Shown one piece after another: positions 14,122 to 25,000 of a stretch of 64,000 bases of DNA; the first letter of the stretch is position 1, and each line of letters begins with the position of its first letter. A program made the translations under genes and the position numbers. The notes below the pieces were generated by a model. It was not told where the DNA came from and did not search any database. It saw only the letters and a program-made list of their open reading frames with translations. The DNA lies in assembly GCA_964016885.1 (NCBI GenBank), contig OZ024748.1, positions 25,730,001 to 25,794,000 of the forward strand. Direction: 5' to 3'. This DNA is from Eledone cirrhosa. Lineage: Eukaryota.

Positions 14122-15771
14122 AGTGAATAATTTAGAAACCAAAATAGATGTGAAAATTCTATCTTTAAAGAAACATTTCCACTTCTGTAACTTAAGCTAA
14201 GAACACAGAGATGAATCTCTTCTTAAAATGTTGCTATTATTTTCACTAAGGTGACTAGTGCAGAAAACTACTGAGTTGTGTAAATAATCTAAGTGATGAT
14301 TAAGAAAATATCTTCTGTAAAAACTTTCAACAGTAGATTAGTATTTTAGTGAACAAAAATTTATTTCTTGTCTTATTTTCACTGATTTTTTAAAATTCTT
14401 TTTTTTTATTTTTTATTACACTTCCCAACTAGCACTAGAAAATAGATAAGAGGACAAACTTAGTATATATAGTAACATGGTTTTTAGTTGATAACGAGGA
14501 AATAAGTTAGAGACAACAGTTGATGTTTTATACCAATATGACCAAATTAATGAGAAAATAAATTTACTAGGGACATCAATCAGCTAACTAAATAAATGTA
14601 AAACAAGGGAATATATTATTAAGGGACATGTCAGAAAATTAATTGCATGAGATCTCATGCAATAACTTATAATTAAAAAAGAATTTCATCAACTCTGGTT
14701 TCAACAATGAGTGTTCTAGTTGTTTGATCAATATCCTGCTCATGAAACTAATGTGCAAGTGGCTAGGCATTACACAGACTTGTGTACTCATAATATAATT
14801 CTCAGGGAGATTCAGTATGTGACAAGACTGGCCCTTTGAACTAAAGATACAGTTCATCCAACTGGTTTCCAAGTGATTTCTGTCAACCCATTTTAACTCT
14901 CAATGGAGGTTGAGGTGACCCAAGGTGATGGTAAATGACATTTGTTCAAGATGTCACACAGTGGGATTGAACTTGGGACCTAATGATTTCAAAGCAAACC
15001 TCTTAACTATTCAGCCTTACTTCATCCACACTGACAGTATTATTGTTGGACAAATGGTAAATATTGCTTCTTAGACTCTTCTTCCAGCAACTATCTTTCT
15101 TTTTAATTTAAAAGGGTAAGATTATTCATGTATCTTTAACCCTTAACATCATGTATAAAACAGCACTATGACTGCATCACATTACAAATTTAAATCTTTG
15201 CTTTAGTTTACTGCAAATGTTCCCAAGAACCTGTCCACCAGTAAAAATACTACACACATTTGAATTAACAAACCTGTTTTTAAACATTTTCTGCTAAATC
15301 CTTACAAGATGTTAAGAGTTAATTAAAAGCTGCATTTAAGTAAATAAAAAAAAAATGTAAATTCACTGCATTCCTGATCATTAAATCACTGTACTTTCCT
15401 TGTAATTATAATCAATATGGAAATCTATTACAAAAATAATCATGTGTACTAAAATTAAATCAATACACAGTATTAATCATTGAGTAATCTGCTGATTCAG
15501 TATACTGAAGGTTAGTATGTAGTTGTTTGTTTAGCATGTAAACTAAAGGTATTGATGCATCATCAACATCACCACAACTACCATCATCATCATCACCACC
15601 ACCACCATCATCTTTATACCCACTGTTTATTTGGTACGTAAACTAAATATATTGATCTTCATCGGCACCACCACCACCATCTTTAAATCCACTTTTCCAT
15701 CCCAGCATGGGCTGAATGAGAACATTCTGAGGCAGTTTTATGGTCAGCTGCCTTTTCTTATGCCAACCCTT

Positions 15772-16245
15772 TTTACAACATGTAAGGATATTGTGTACCT
15801 ATTTTAAACACCAAAAAATACATGGTGTGGCTAATTCACAACATGTAGGGATATGAAGTACATATTCTAAACACCAAAATATACATGGTATAACTAATTT
15901 ACAACATGTAGGGATGTGGAGTATATATTCTAAACACCAAAATATACATGCCGTGACCACTGGATGAAGACGTGCCAGGAAATCCCAGTGGAAGGAAACC
16001 ACAGTAGAGATAGACTAAGAAAGACCTAGGCAGAAGTGGTGAGAGCTGACCTCAAATTACTGAGACTCATAGAAGAGATGATGAAGGAATGCAGCGAGTA
16101 GAGAGATGCTGTGCTGAGAAGGACCCGTCCAACCCATGTAACTGTGGAAAAACGGACATGATGATGATGATGATGATGATGATAACTAATTTACAGCATG
16201 TAGGAATATGGTGCACCTATTCTAAACACCAAAATATTTGTGGTA
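15772..16245. repeat. 63-bp minisatellite interrupted by an RTE 3' fragment (~15955-16182, + strand)
   Basis: Unit ACATGTAGGGATATGAAGTACATATTCTAAACACCAAAATATACATGGTATAACTAATTTACA x3, then an RTE tail ending (ATG)n, then a fourth unit. Confidence 0.8.
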
Positions 16246-16914
16246 TGATTAAAAGGGCAGGATTCCCCAGTCATCACCCAGTTAAGTGATAACAAGGCTC
16301 CATGTCACTTAACTATTCTTATACTAACCCAGCCAAAACCAGCACTAGGTCTATGAAACAAAACCACCCATTTGAAAAAGTTCCTATTAAAATTTTTATT
16401 TTCCAGCATAATTTTTATATAAGACCCATATGTTAAATTACTATCTTAGTAAAATGAAAATAATCAATAACTTTAGTAAATCTCTCAAAATTCTTCATTA
16501 TTTAATTGAAATAGTGTTTCATTAGAAATGCGGCCATGAAAGGGTTACCTTTATATTCTTAATTCTTAATGTCCTGTACCACATGAAACCGCATTAACAA
16601 GACATTCTTGAAAAGTATAAAGCATCACTAAGACTGCATCACATGAAAACTCATAGCCTTTATGCCAATACTGCAAATTTTCATAATGATCTGTACACTA
16701 ATAAAGACACTATAAACATTTGAATTAACAAACCCACATATAGATATTTTCTGAGAAATCAATACAGGATGTTAAGCTATAGCTCTATCTTGGTTTTTTC
16801 TTTTATAATGTAATTCATGAAAACTAACTTGTATTGTTTATAATCAATGAGAATTATGACAGTTTGTCAAAAGGATTGGTCATATTGAATGTTTTATAGC
16901 AATCTTTAGTCATA

Positions 16915-17150
16915 AATATGTCTTTGTGGTTAGAGAATTGGTTTTGCAATAGTGAGGTTGTGAGTTTCATTCCCAGACCAGGAAATTTGTTATGTCCTTG
17001 AACAAGACACTTTATTTCACGTTGCTTTTTCTGCCAGGAGTTGTGACCAGTAGATAGTACCAACAATGGAAACATTGTTTCCTTGATCCGATCTAATGAG
17101 TTCCACCTCACTCTGTAAGAAAATGAGGTCTGGGATCTTGTCAATTGATT
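16915..17150 (+). mobile_element. tRNA-head + CORE-like SINE with tail type c
   Basis: GTGGTTAGAG...GAGTTTCATTCC head, then GTCCTTGAACAAGACACTTTATTTCAC. The tail is shared with ~7250-7540, ~45846-46050 and ~5620-5790(-). Confidence 0.7.
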
Positions 17151-17459
17151 AAATAATAAAAAAAAAAGGCTTTGTAGCTATAAAAAAATAATTTTGTAAG
17201 TTATAAGTGAAGAATAGTAGTGCAAATGGAGATATTAAAGCAGATGTTTAACATATATTTACCAATTCCCTGACCATCTTTCAACCAGGAAGTGTGAGTA
17301 ATACTTATCAAATTCCCTTGATATCTTAATTCAAGATTCCTAAGGATATTGCGGTTTTCTTTAAATAACTTAGATTACAATTTAGAAGGGAAGTCAAGAA
17401 TAATTTTAGGAAGTGAGATGGGAAAGAAATAAAGTTTACTTAGGTAATAAAGAGATATA

Positions 17460-18120
17460 TGTATTGCTGCTACAATAAAATGCACTCAGCCCACATTGTA
17501 AAGTATTGGTGGTGGTGCCATGATTTAAAGTGGTTGTTCTGGTGCTACAAGAAAATGCTTCCAGCCCACACTGTAAAGTGATGGTGCTGGTGCCATGATA
17601 AAATACACCCACTCTACACTATAAAGTGGTAAGAAGAGCATCCAGTTATAGAAACTCTGCGAGAATGAAACATGAGCAAGACACCATCATCTGACCTGTC
17701 CAATTTTAGAATGTGACATTTGGTTTCTATGGCTGGATGCCCTTCCTAATGCCAACCTCATTTACAATGAGTACTGGGTCCTTTTTGTTGTGACGCCTAC
17801 ACAAGCACTTTACAATGTGGAATGGATGTTTTTTGTCATGACACTTACACGACCACTTTACAGTGTGGACTGGGTGCTTTCTGTCATGACACCTATACAA
17901 CCACTTTACAGTGTGGACTGAGTGTTCTGTCATGACACCTACATGACCACATTACAGTGTGGAGTGGGTGCTTTCTGTCATGACACCTATACAAGCACTT
18001 TACATTGTGGACTGAGTGCTTTTTGTCATGACACTTACACAACCATTTTACAGTGTGGACTTGGTGTTTTTTGTCATAACACCTACACGACCACTGTAAA
18101 GTAGTCGTGTAGGTGTCATA
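17460..18120. repeat. Two oppositely oriented arrays of a ~40-bp SINE-internal unit
   Basis: GGTGCCATGATAAAATGCACCCAGCCCACACTGTAAAGTGG units on + (17460-17630) and on - (17760-18105), each adjacent to AGGAAGGGCATCCAGCCATAGAAA-like sequence. Confidence 0.8.
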
Positions 18121-18261
18121 TTGTGATAGTAAATAATAGTTTAAACATTAATCAAACAGGATAAGTAAAACATGTCAATTAAATTATTCAAAATCTAAGT
18201 TGAGACTTCAAGCCTGTAGTTCAGAATTAACAAGCCTGTAATTCAGAATTAACAATGAAAT

Positions 18262-18467
18262 TTAACCATTTAAACCAGCTGCATCCGGCCAGAATTCTCT
18301 CGCCTCTTTCTATTCAAACCGGCTGTAACTGGCCACTCATACTGATGTTAAGGTATTGTTCTCAAAATAAATATCAAAATCTCATAGATTCGATATTATG
18401 TGAGGTAAAGCTTTTACCTTGAAATTATAATAGTATATAGAGAGTAATGTAAATGCTAAAGGGTTAA
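18262..18467. mobile_element. TTAA-flanked MITE (family M3); inverted copy at 50199-50415
   Basis: Ends TTAACCATTTAA and TAAAGGGTTAA. The internal sequence matches the reverse complement of 50199-50415. Confidence 0.8.
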
Positions 18468-20616
18468 CCCTTTTGGTACCAAACCACCTGAAACTGGCCC
18501 AGCTTTTATTATTCAAAACTGTTAGTTTTTAAAATGCTTTATATTTCGCCAGGACCACGAGGCGGGCTGACCCTTAATTTTCATTCATGGTGGTGGCATG
18601 TGGAATACATTTATTTAAGCTTCAGCAACATAGTAACTCCTTAAAGAATTTTTCCAGAACTAATTAACCATTTTCGGTTTATTTCTACAAATTTCAACTA
18701 AACACTTTTTGTCATAATTTTATGTAAGAATCTTTGATAAGTTGTTCCAAACACCAGCTTAATAAAGAGAAAGTTAATTATATTATTAAACCATTCCAAA
18801 TTCATGATTATTTTCAAAATAATTTGAAAATGATAGGCAGCGAGCGACCTTGGCGAGATTTGAACATAGAATGTAAAGAGCTGGAAGAAATGAAATAAGG
18901 TGAAGTATTCACAGACATTCTAACAACTCTGCCAATCTATAATGATAATAATAATAATAATGATTTCTACTATAAGCATAAGGCCAGCAATTTTAGGAAG
19001 AGTAAAATCGATTAAATCGCAACCCAGTACATTACTGGTGCTTTATTTTATTGACTCTGTACGGATGAAAGGCAAAACTAACTGCGGCGGTATTCAAACT
19101 CAGAACATAAAGGGCCGTAACTCTATGCCGTGAAGCATGGTGGTGGTGGTGGTGATGATGATGATGATGATGATGAATGAATGACCACATAGTACACAAT
19201 ATGAAGTGGTTGATGACAGGAAGGGCATCCAGCCATAAAAAACCTGCCAAAGAGTCAGGAGACTCCTCAGCTATGACAAAGACATGAGAACTTCCCGAGT
19301 GTTGGTGCCACAATAAAATGCACTAAGTACAATGTGAAATCATATGTTGGGCCCCTGTTCCACCTAGAGGTCAGAGGCTCCTATTGAGTATTGACCAGTG
19401 TGTGACGACATGTTCAACCCTTGCTAACAGGGAAACTAGACGTTAAACAATGATGGTAATGATGATGATGATGATGAATAAACTTGCTGATATTTCCATT
19501 GACTAGTAATTGATATTAGACCTGCTAAATTCCTAACTATCAAACATTGAAACCCATCCATAATAATTAAAAGCAAATGTCACCAATACTATGTAAATGC
19601 TATGTAAATTCTATAAAACAGTAAAGATAACTAAAACAAATTTCAGAAACATTCTATAACATTTCCTCTAAAATATCACTAACAATTACACATATAACAT
19701 TTTAAATATATATGGTGAAGTTTAGAAAAATAAACTACAGTATCTTTTGCTATGTTATGCTTAAGGAAATAACTTTATCCAAAACTTGTTATATGAGAGA
19801 CAACAAAAACAAAACATACATTTATATATTTTACTTCAGTTTTTAAATATCACAGTTTTCTTTTCTTTTTTTAATGCATTTTTTACAAATTTTCAAGAAT
19901 TCATTTTTACTTTGATTTCTATCCTATTGCATGGCATCTTAAGCAGATGTCATGTAGCCTTGTATAGACACAAGCCTTGTGAGTGAAATTTGGACAGACA
20001 GAAACTGTTAGGAAACCCATTGGATGGGCAATAGTTGTAATTCAAAGGTCCAGCATTGTCACACACTGTCACACTAAATAACAGGCACAGTCTATCAAGT
20101 AGGATTCCAAATAGTTTCTATCCACCCAATTTCATTCACAAGGCTATGGTAAACAATACCCAAGATGAAATGCAGCAACATTGAGCCTGAGAACTAATGA
20201 TTGCAAAGTGAACTTCTTAAACCACATTTTATGGAAGAGTAGTAAGAGGGTATAAACTAACATGAATTTATTTATATAGTAAATGGCTGAGATATATTCT
20301 ATAATATATCAGATCTATAGAGGTAGAAGATCCATGTCTCTTCTAATATCCCATCACATTAACTGTAGTAGATATTTTAACCTGTGACCTTCATGTTAAC
20401 GCACAAAAAAATCTATACTAAAGATATAGTAACTGATTTTATCAAGTAAGCTGCCATAAACTCTACCAACAATTGATTTTAAATAACAATATAACTTGGT
20501 TACTTGTTTCTATTTTTAAACTTTATTAAAACAGTAAAATTGTGCTTTGATTCTTTTTAAAGAGATATTTCAGAAGTAAAAACATTGTTGAGACTGGATA
20601 AATATCAATGACTTAC

Positions 20617-20675
20617 CAACTTTAAGTCAGGAACAGCTCTACTCAATGTCCATTCCTGACTATTCACAAAGGAAT
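20617..20675 (-). CDS. AGAP1: AGAP/centaurin-gamma coding exon, 59 bp, phase 1 to 0
   Basis: ttttcttttcag|AT TCC TTT GTG AAT AGT CAG GAA TGG ACA TTG AGT AGA GCT GTT CCT GAC TTA AAG TTG|gtaagt gives (D)SFVNSQEWTLSRAVPDLKL, matching AGAP1 DAFVNSQEWTLSRSVPELKV. Confidence 0.96.
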
Positions 20676-21102
20676 CTGAAAAGAAAATATAGACATATAA
20701 ATATGTATATACATAAGACAATTATTCAATAACAGAAAATATAGACATATATGCATGCATGGTTCCATAACTCCTGAGAGAATTGTAGGGGTGCCATATT
20801 GAGATATAGCATTTCTAGGGCATTTTTAAACCTGGTGGAGCCCATCCCTCTCCAGGATACATCAGATTTCTTCCAGAGAAGATAGTGAGAGAATGGAAGT
20901 GAGAAAAATATATAGAGAAAGAATCAACGCCAGTATTTGACTGGTACTTTTTTTTTTATCGAACTTGAAAGGATGAAAGGCAAAGGTGACCTCGGCGGGA
21001 TTTGAGAGCAGAGAGCTGAAAATGAATACCACAAAGCATTCTATCTGCCATTCTAACAACTTTGCCAAGTCACCATCTATATAGACATATATATAAATAT
21101 AA

Positions 21103-21290
21103 TATTCTTTATTATGGCTAAGTGATGAGTCATGTTACACTGGAATTTCACATGAATAATCTTGTCTGATGATCCTGTGGGAGCACAGGTGAAACTCCAG
21201 AGTAACAAGTCTCACCACTTAGCCATAATAAAGAATACTATTAAACTTTACTTTGGTATTGAGTACTCATTCTTGCATCCATCAACATCA
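21103..21290 (+). mobile_element. Penelope-like pLTR remnant with an inverted partial 5' copy
   Basis: Hammerhead core followed by AATAAA (21227-21232). 21103-21154 is a 46/52 inverted copy of 21186-21237. Confidence 0.6.
21161..21209 (+). ncRNA. Minimal type-I hammerhead ribozyme motif
   Basis: CTTGT-CTGATGA-T-CCTGTG(GGAG)CACAGG-T-GAAA-CTC(CA)GAG-TA-ACAAG. Stem I CTTGT/ACAAG, stem II 6 bp, short stem III, GUA cleavage triplet (cut after 21204). The base of stem II is U-U instead of G-C. Confidence 0.78.
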
Positions 21291-21641
21291 CACACACAGA
21301 GAATATAGTGTAGTTAATACAAATCATTGTAAGATACATAATAAAAGACCGAAACGTTTGATTGGGTACTATAATGACTTCGTACACATAGGCCAGTGAA
21401 AGATGATCACATCAATTGTTTGTTTTTGTTTTGAACCATTTCTAATACATACAAGAGGATAATAACTCTGAAATAGCATGTTGAAATATATTTAGTTTGT
21501 TTTATTTGTCATCCTTCACCCTTTGTATATTTCTACCGCATTGTACCGGTTTTTTGAAACTTATCAGTTTTTTTATTACATATACATATAATTATTCAAT
21601 AACAAAAAAATATATATAAAAAGGAGAATATGGTAAATAAT

Positions 21642-21701
<60 letters not shown>

Positions 21702-22741
21702 AAGTGTTGTTTCAAAAGTAAAGCTGTCCAAACAACTACTAGTTTCCTATGGAAGTATACATATGAAAATCATCCAGAGAAAACATCTTATGAAAGCTAA
21801 CTTTATTGTGAGCACTTCAAGTGGTCTTCAACACTTGCTGAAATAACTGACATATTTCTCATTCATAATTCAATCGAATTCAGTAATAAATAATGTTCTT
21901 ACTTCACAAATACCTCTTGCCTTGATATCTCATATAACAGAATTGCAACAAAAATCAATGGGAAACATTTGGGAATTTAGCAAAATAGCAACGTTTTATA
22001 TTAACTTATACAAAATATCAAATAATATCAGTGAAGTATGGTATGGCATGGTCCTGGAACTCCTGATGTGTACTGTATTGACATACAATGTTTCTTGGGC
22101 ATTTTAAGCTTGGCAGAGCCCATTCCTCTCCGAACCTGAGTTCAGAAGATTTCTGCCAGGGAAGGATAGAAAGTGAGTGAGAGGAAGAGAGGAAGAGATA
22201 TAAAGGACTGATACTTTTTTTATCGACCTAAAAAGGATGAAAGGTAAATTTGATCTCAATGGAATTTGAACTGAGAGAGCAGAGAGCCTGAAGGAATGGC
22301 ACAAAGAACTCTATCCAACGTTCTAATAACTTTGACAATTCGCCACTTTCAGTGATGTATAAAACACCATACATTTAACTAAAATGAAATGTAACTATAA
22401 CGAAGGACATTATTCATGTTATAATAATTCAACATAGGTCATATATATTTTAGACCTTTAACTGTTACATAACATTTAAAATATCAGCACTCAATTCTAT
22501 CTAATCTTTAATCATTTTAGCACACTAACTGAATTCAAACTATTTTGAACTTCATTATACAGTAGAAAAGATTAGTGACAATACTTTTTGAAATTATCAC
22601 TCGATATTATATTTGACAAGGTTGTGATGAGACTTCTAAGAGTATCTGGAACATCATAACCAGCAAACATCATATATATTTATAATTTCATTTTGACAAA
22701 GTTCTCGTCCAATCTTTGCTATCAGGGAAAACAATCATTAA

Positions 22742-22784
<43 letters not shown>

Positions 22785-23059
22785 GATTGAGTTATGATAT
22801 TGTGGAAGTTCACCAGTATCCATTGAGACTCATCTGTGGAATAGACATCATAAAGACTCTGATAAAATTGCCATGATGTATTTTGAAACAACATAGTTTC
22901 AAAAAATGCCCCACTTAGATACCTAAATGTCTCTTACTGATTCATCTCTATAATGACCTCACAACTTTTAGAGATCACCCACAAAATATTCGACGAACTC
23001 GGAAGAAATGTCAAAAGAAATGTGGTGCTAATGAAACATTATTGCCATAAATGGGATTG

Positions 23060-23440
23060 AAAAGTTGTCATTCTGGTGCCACAATAAAATGCACCCAGCC
23101 CACACAGTAAAGTGGCAATGCTGGTGCCATGATAAAATGCACTCAGCTCACACTGTAAAATGGTAGTGCTGGTGCCACAATAAAATGCACCCAGCCTACA
23201 CAGTAAAGTGGCAATGCTAGTGCCATGATAAAATGCACCCAGCCCACACTGTAAAGTGGTAATGCTGGTGCCACAATAAAATGTACCCAGCCCACACTGT
23301 AAAGTCATATGAAGAGCATCCAGCCATAGTAACCTTGACAGAATGTAATGTATGAGCATGATACAGTTATTCAGTGTGTCTAGCATCAGAATATAACAAC
23401 TCATCTAACTCATGCAAGCATGGAAAATAGACATATGATG
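23060..23440 (+). mobile_element. RTE-tailed SINE body with ~6 tandem 40-bp units
   Basis: Units GCTGGTGCCACAATAAAATGCACCCAGCCCACACTGTAAAGTGG, then GAAGAGCATCCAGCCATAG and a CATGCAAGCATGGAAAATAGACA tail. Confidence 0.8.
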
Positions 23441-23621
23441 TGGTACACATTATAACCCAAACTTAGTTTTTGGTGATGATGATGATATCTGTAAAAGATA
23501 TTAGATTACACTGAAAAGTTTTTAATAAAATGTTATATTACTGAAATGATACATAACACCTAATAAGCATGACTTCCTCTGATATTTATTTTAATTCATA
23601 ATAATTGTATATTTTAGGTCA

Positions 23622-23668
<47 letters not shown>

Positions 23669-24519
23669 CATATCCTTATCCACACAGAAAATATCTCCAG
23701 GGAAATGCGTTATTTATTAAAGTTTAAACCCATACATTCTTTAGTTTGTTACCATATGCAGTATTCCTTATTTCGGTGCTTTCATTCTGAAAGTTTGCAT
23801 GTAGTAATGTTGCATGTGCAATGTTGTTGATGATAGACAACACTGATTAACATTAGTCAAGTAGAAATATCACAACAGCAGTAGTCAATTAAAACACTGT
23901 AGTATATAAAGCTGCTAGCATGATGATAGTTATGTTTGGAGAGATTATAAAGCTGTAAGACCAGAAGCAGGTAGGTGTGTGCTGTGTACAGCAGCTAATA
24001 TGAGATGGAAAACTTAGTTAAACACCTCACGGCCAAGAATCTTTATCATCATCGTCATCATTTAACATCCATATTCCCTGCTAGCATTTTATTGTATAGA
24101 TCACCAACACTGTCTTTGACATAACTGAAGAGGCACTTCATCCCTTTTTTGGCATAGTTTTACAGCTAGACACCCTTCGTATCACCAACCACCTTACAGT
24201 GTACAGGGTGCAATATCCGTGGCCCCATCACAAGAGAAATTGTCATATCATGACTGAAAAGCCTTATCTACCAGATTCTCTTGGATAGGTAACAATACTA
24301 GAGTGGGCGGAGCAGACATATAGTTGGAAGGAGAATGGATAAATTGAAGTTATCGGGGTATTTGACAGAATGATTAAACTGCATCTAGGCAACAACAGCT
24401 ACAGTAATCTCTACATATACACTACAATCAGGATTGCCAACTAATCCTAGGCAACACAACAACTACAGTGATCTCTGTATAAGCACCATAATCAGGATTG
24501 CCGTATGAGGCTATCTTAG

Positions 24520-25000
24520 AGACAAGCTCAATAACAGATGACAGGTGATCTCATTATCACAGCTATTGATTTTAATGGACTAATGGACATATTGACCAGC
24601 AGAATGATGATTACACTGATGTGCATGGTGTCTGTGGATACAGTAGATAGAATGAAGAAGGATCAAAGTTCTTTGAGCTCTGTTATGCAAATAACCTAAC
24701 TTCGGTAAAGCAGTCAACCACCTGATCACCTACCAATTAGATGAATCTGTAAGCCAGGCCAACGCCATACTCATCAAGAACCAGAATAGACAATTGGTTG
24801 TGAATATGAATTCCTTCTCCAATGAAGAATCACATAACAGACAGAGGTGATCCTTAGGGAACACACAGACAGGTGATCATTAGAATAAAAGCTGGACAAA
24901 CTAAGAGACATAACACAATCTGGGAAAGTGTATGAAAGCTGAAAGATCCTTCAGCTCCACATTGATTCAAAGAAGTACTTAGGCAATGATGAGGAGGGGA
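24520..25000 (+). mobile_element. Highly decayed RTE LINE APE-endonuclease/linker fragment
   Basis: Frameshifted peptides DLIITAIDFNG, NEEGSKFFELCYANNL, HLITYQ and KLKDP resemble the RTE EN motifs GDFNGH, NEEG..LEFC and HLITY. Confidence 0.6.

Larger units (their letters stand above)
13711..20616 (-). other. AGAP1: AGAP intron (GT-AG, phase 0, 6.9 kb)
   Basis: Donor GTAAGT (20616-20611), acceptor TTGTAG (ending 13711). Joins ...DLKL|GILG... in frame. Confidence 0.88.

Noticed and set aside
18541-18600. HDV-like ribozyme (minus strand CC-GCCTCGT-GG resembles P3/L3)
   Set aside because: P1 pairs only partly and there is no P1.1 GG, P4 or P2. Probably a short TE fragment.
23060-23305. CRISPR-like regularly spaced repeats (also 17760-18105 and 49365-49685)
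   Set aside because: Head-to-tail ~40-bp SINE-internal units without spacers.
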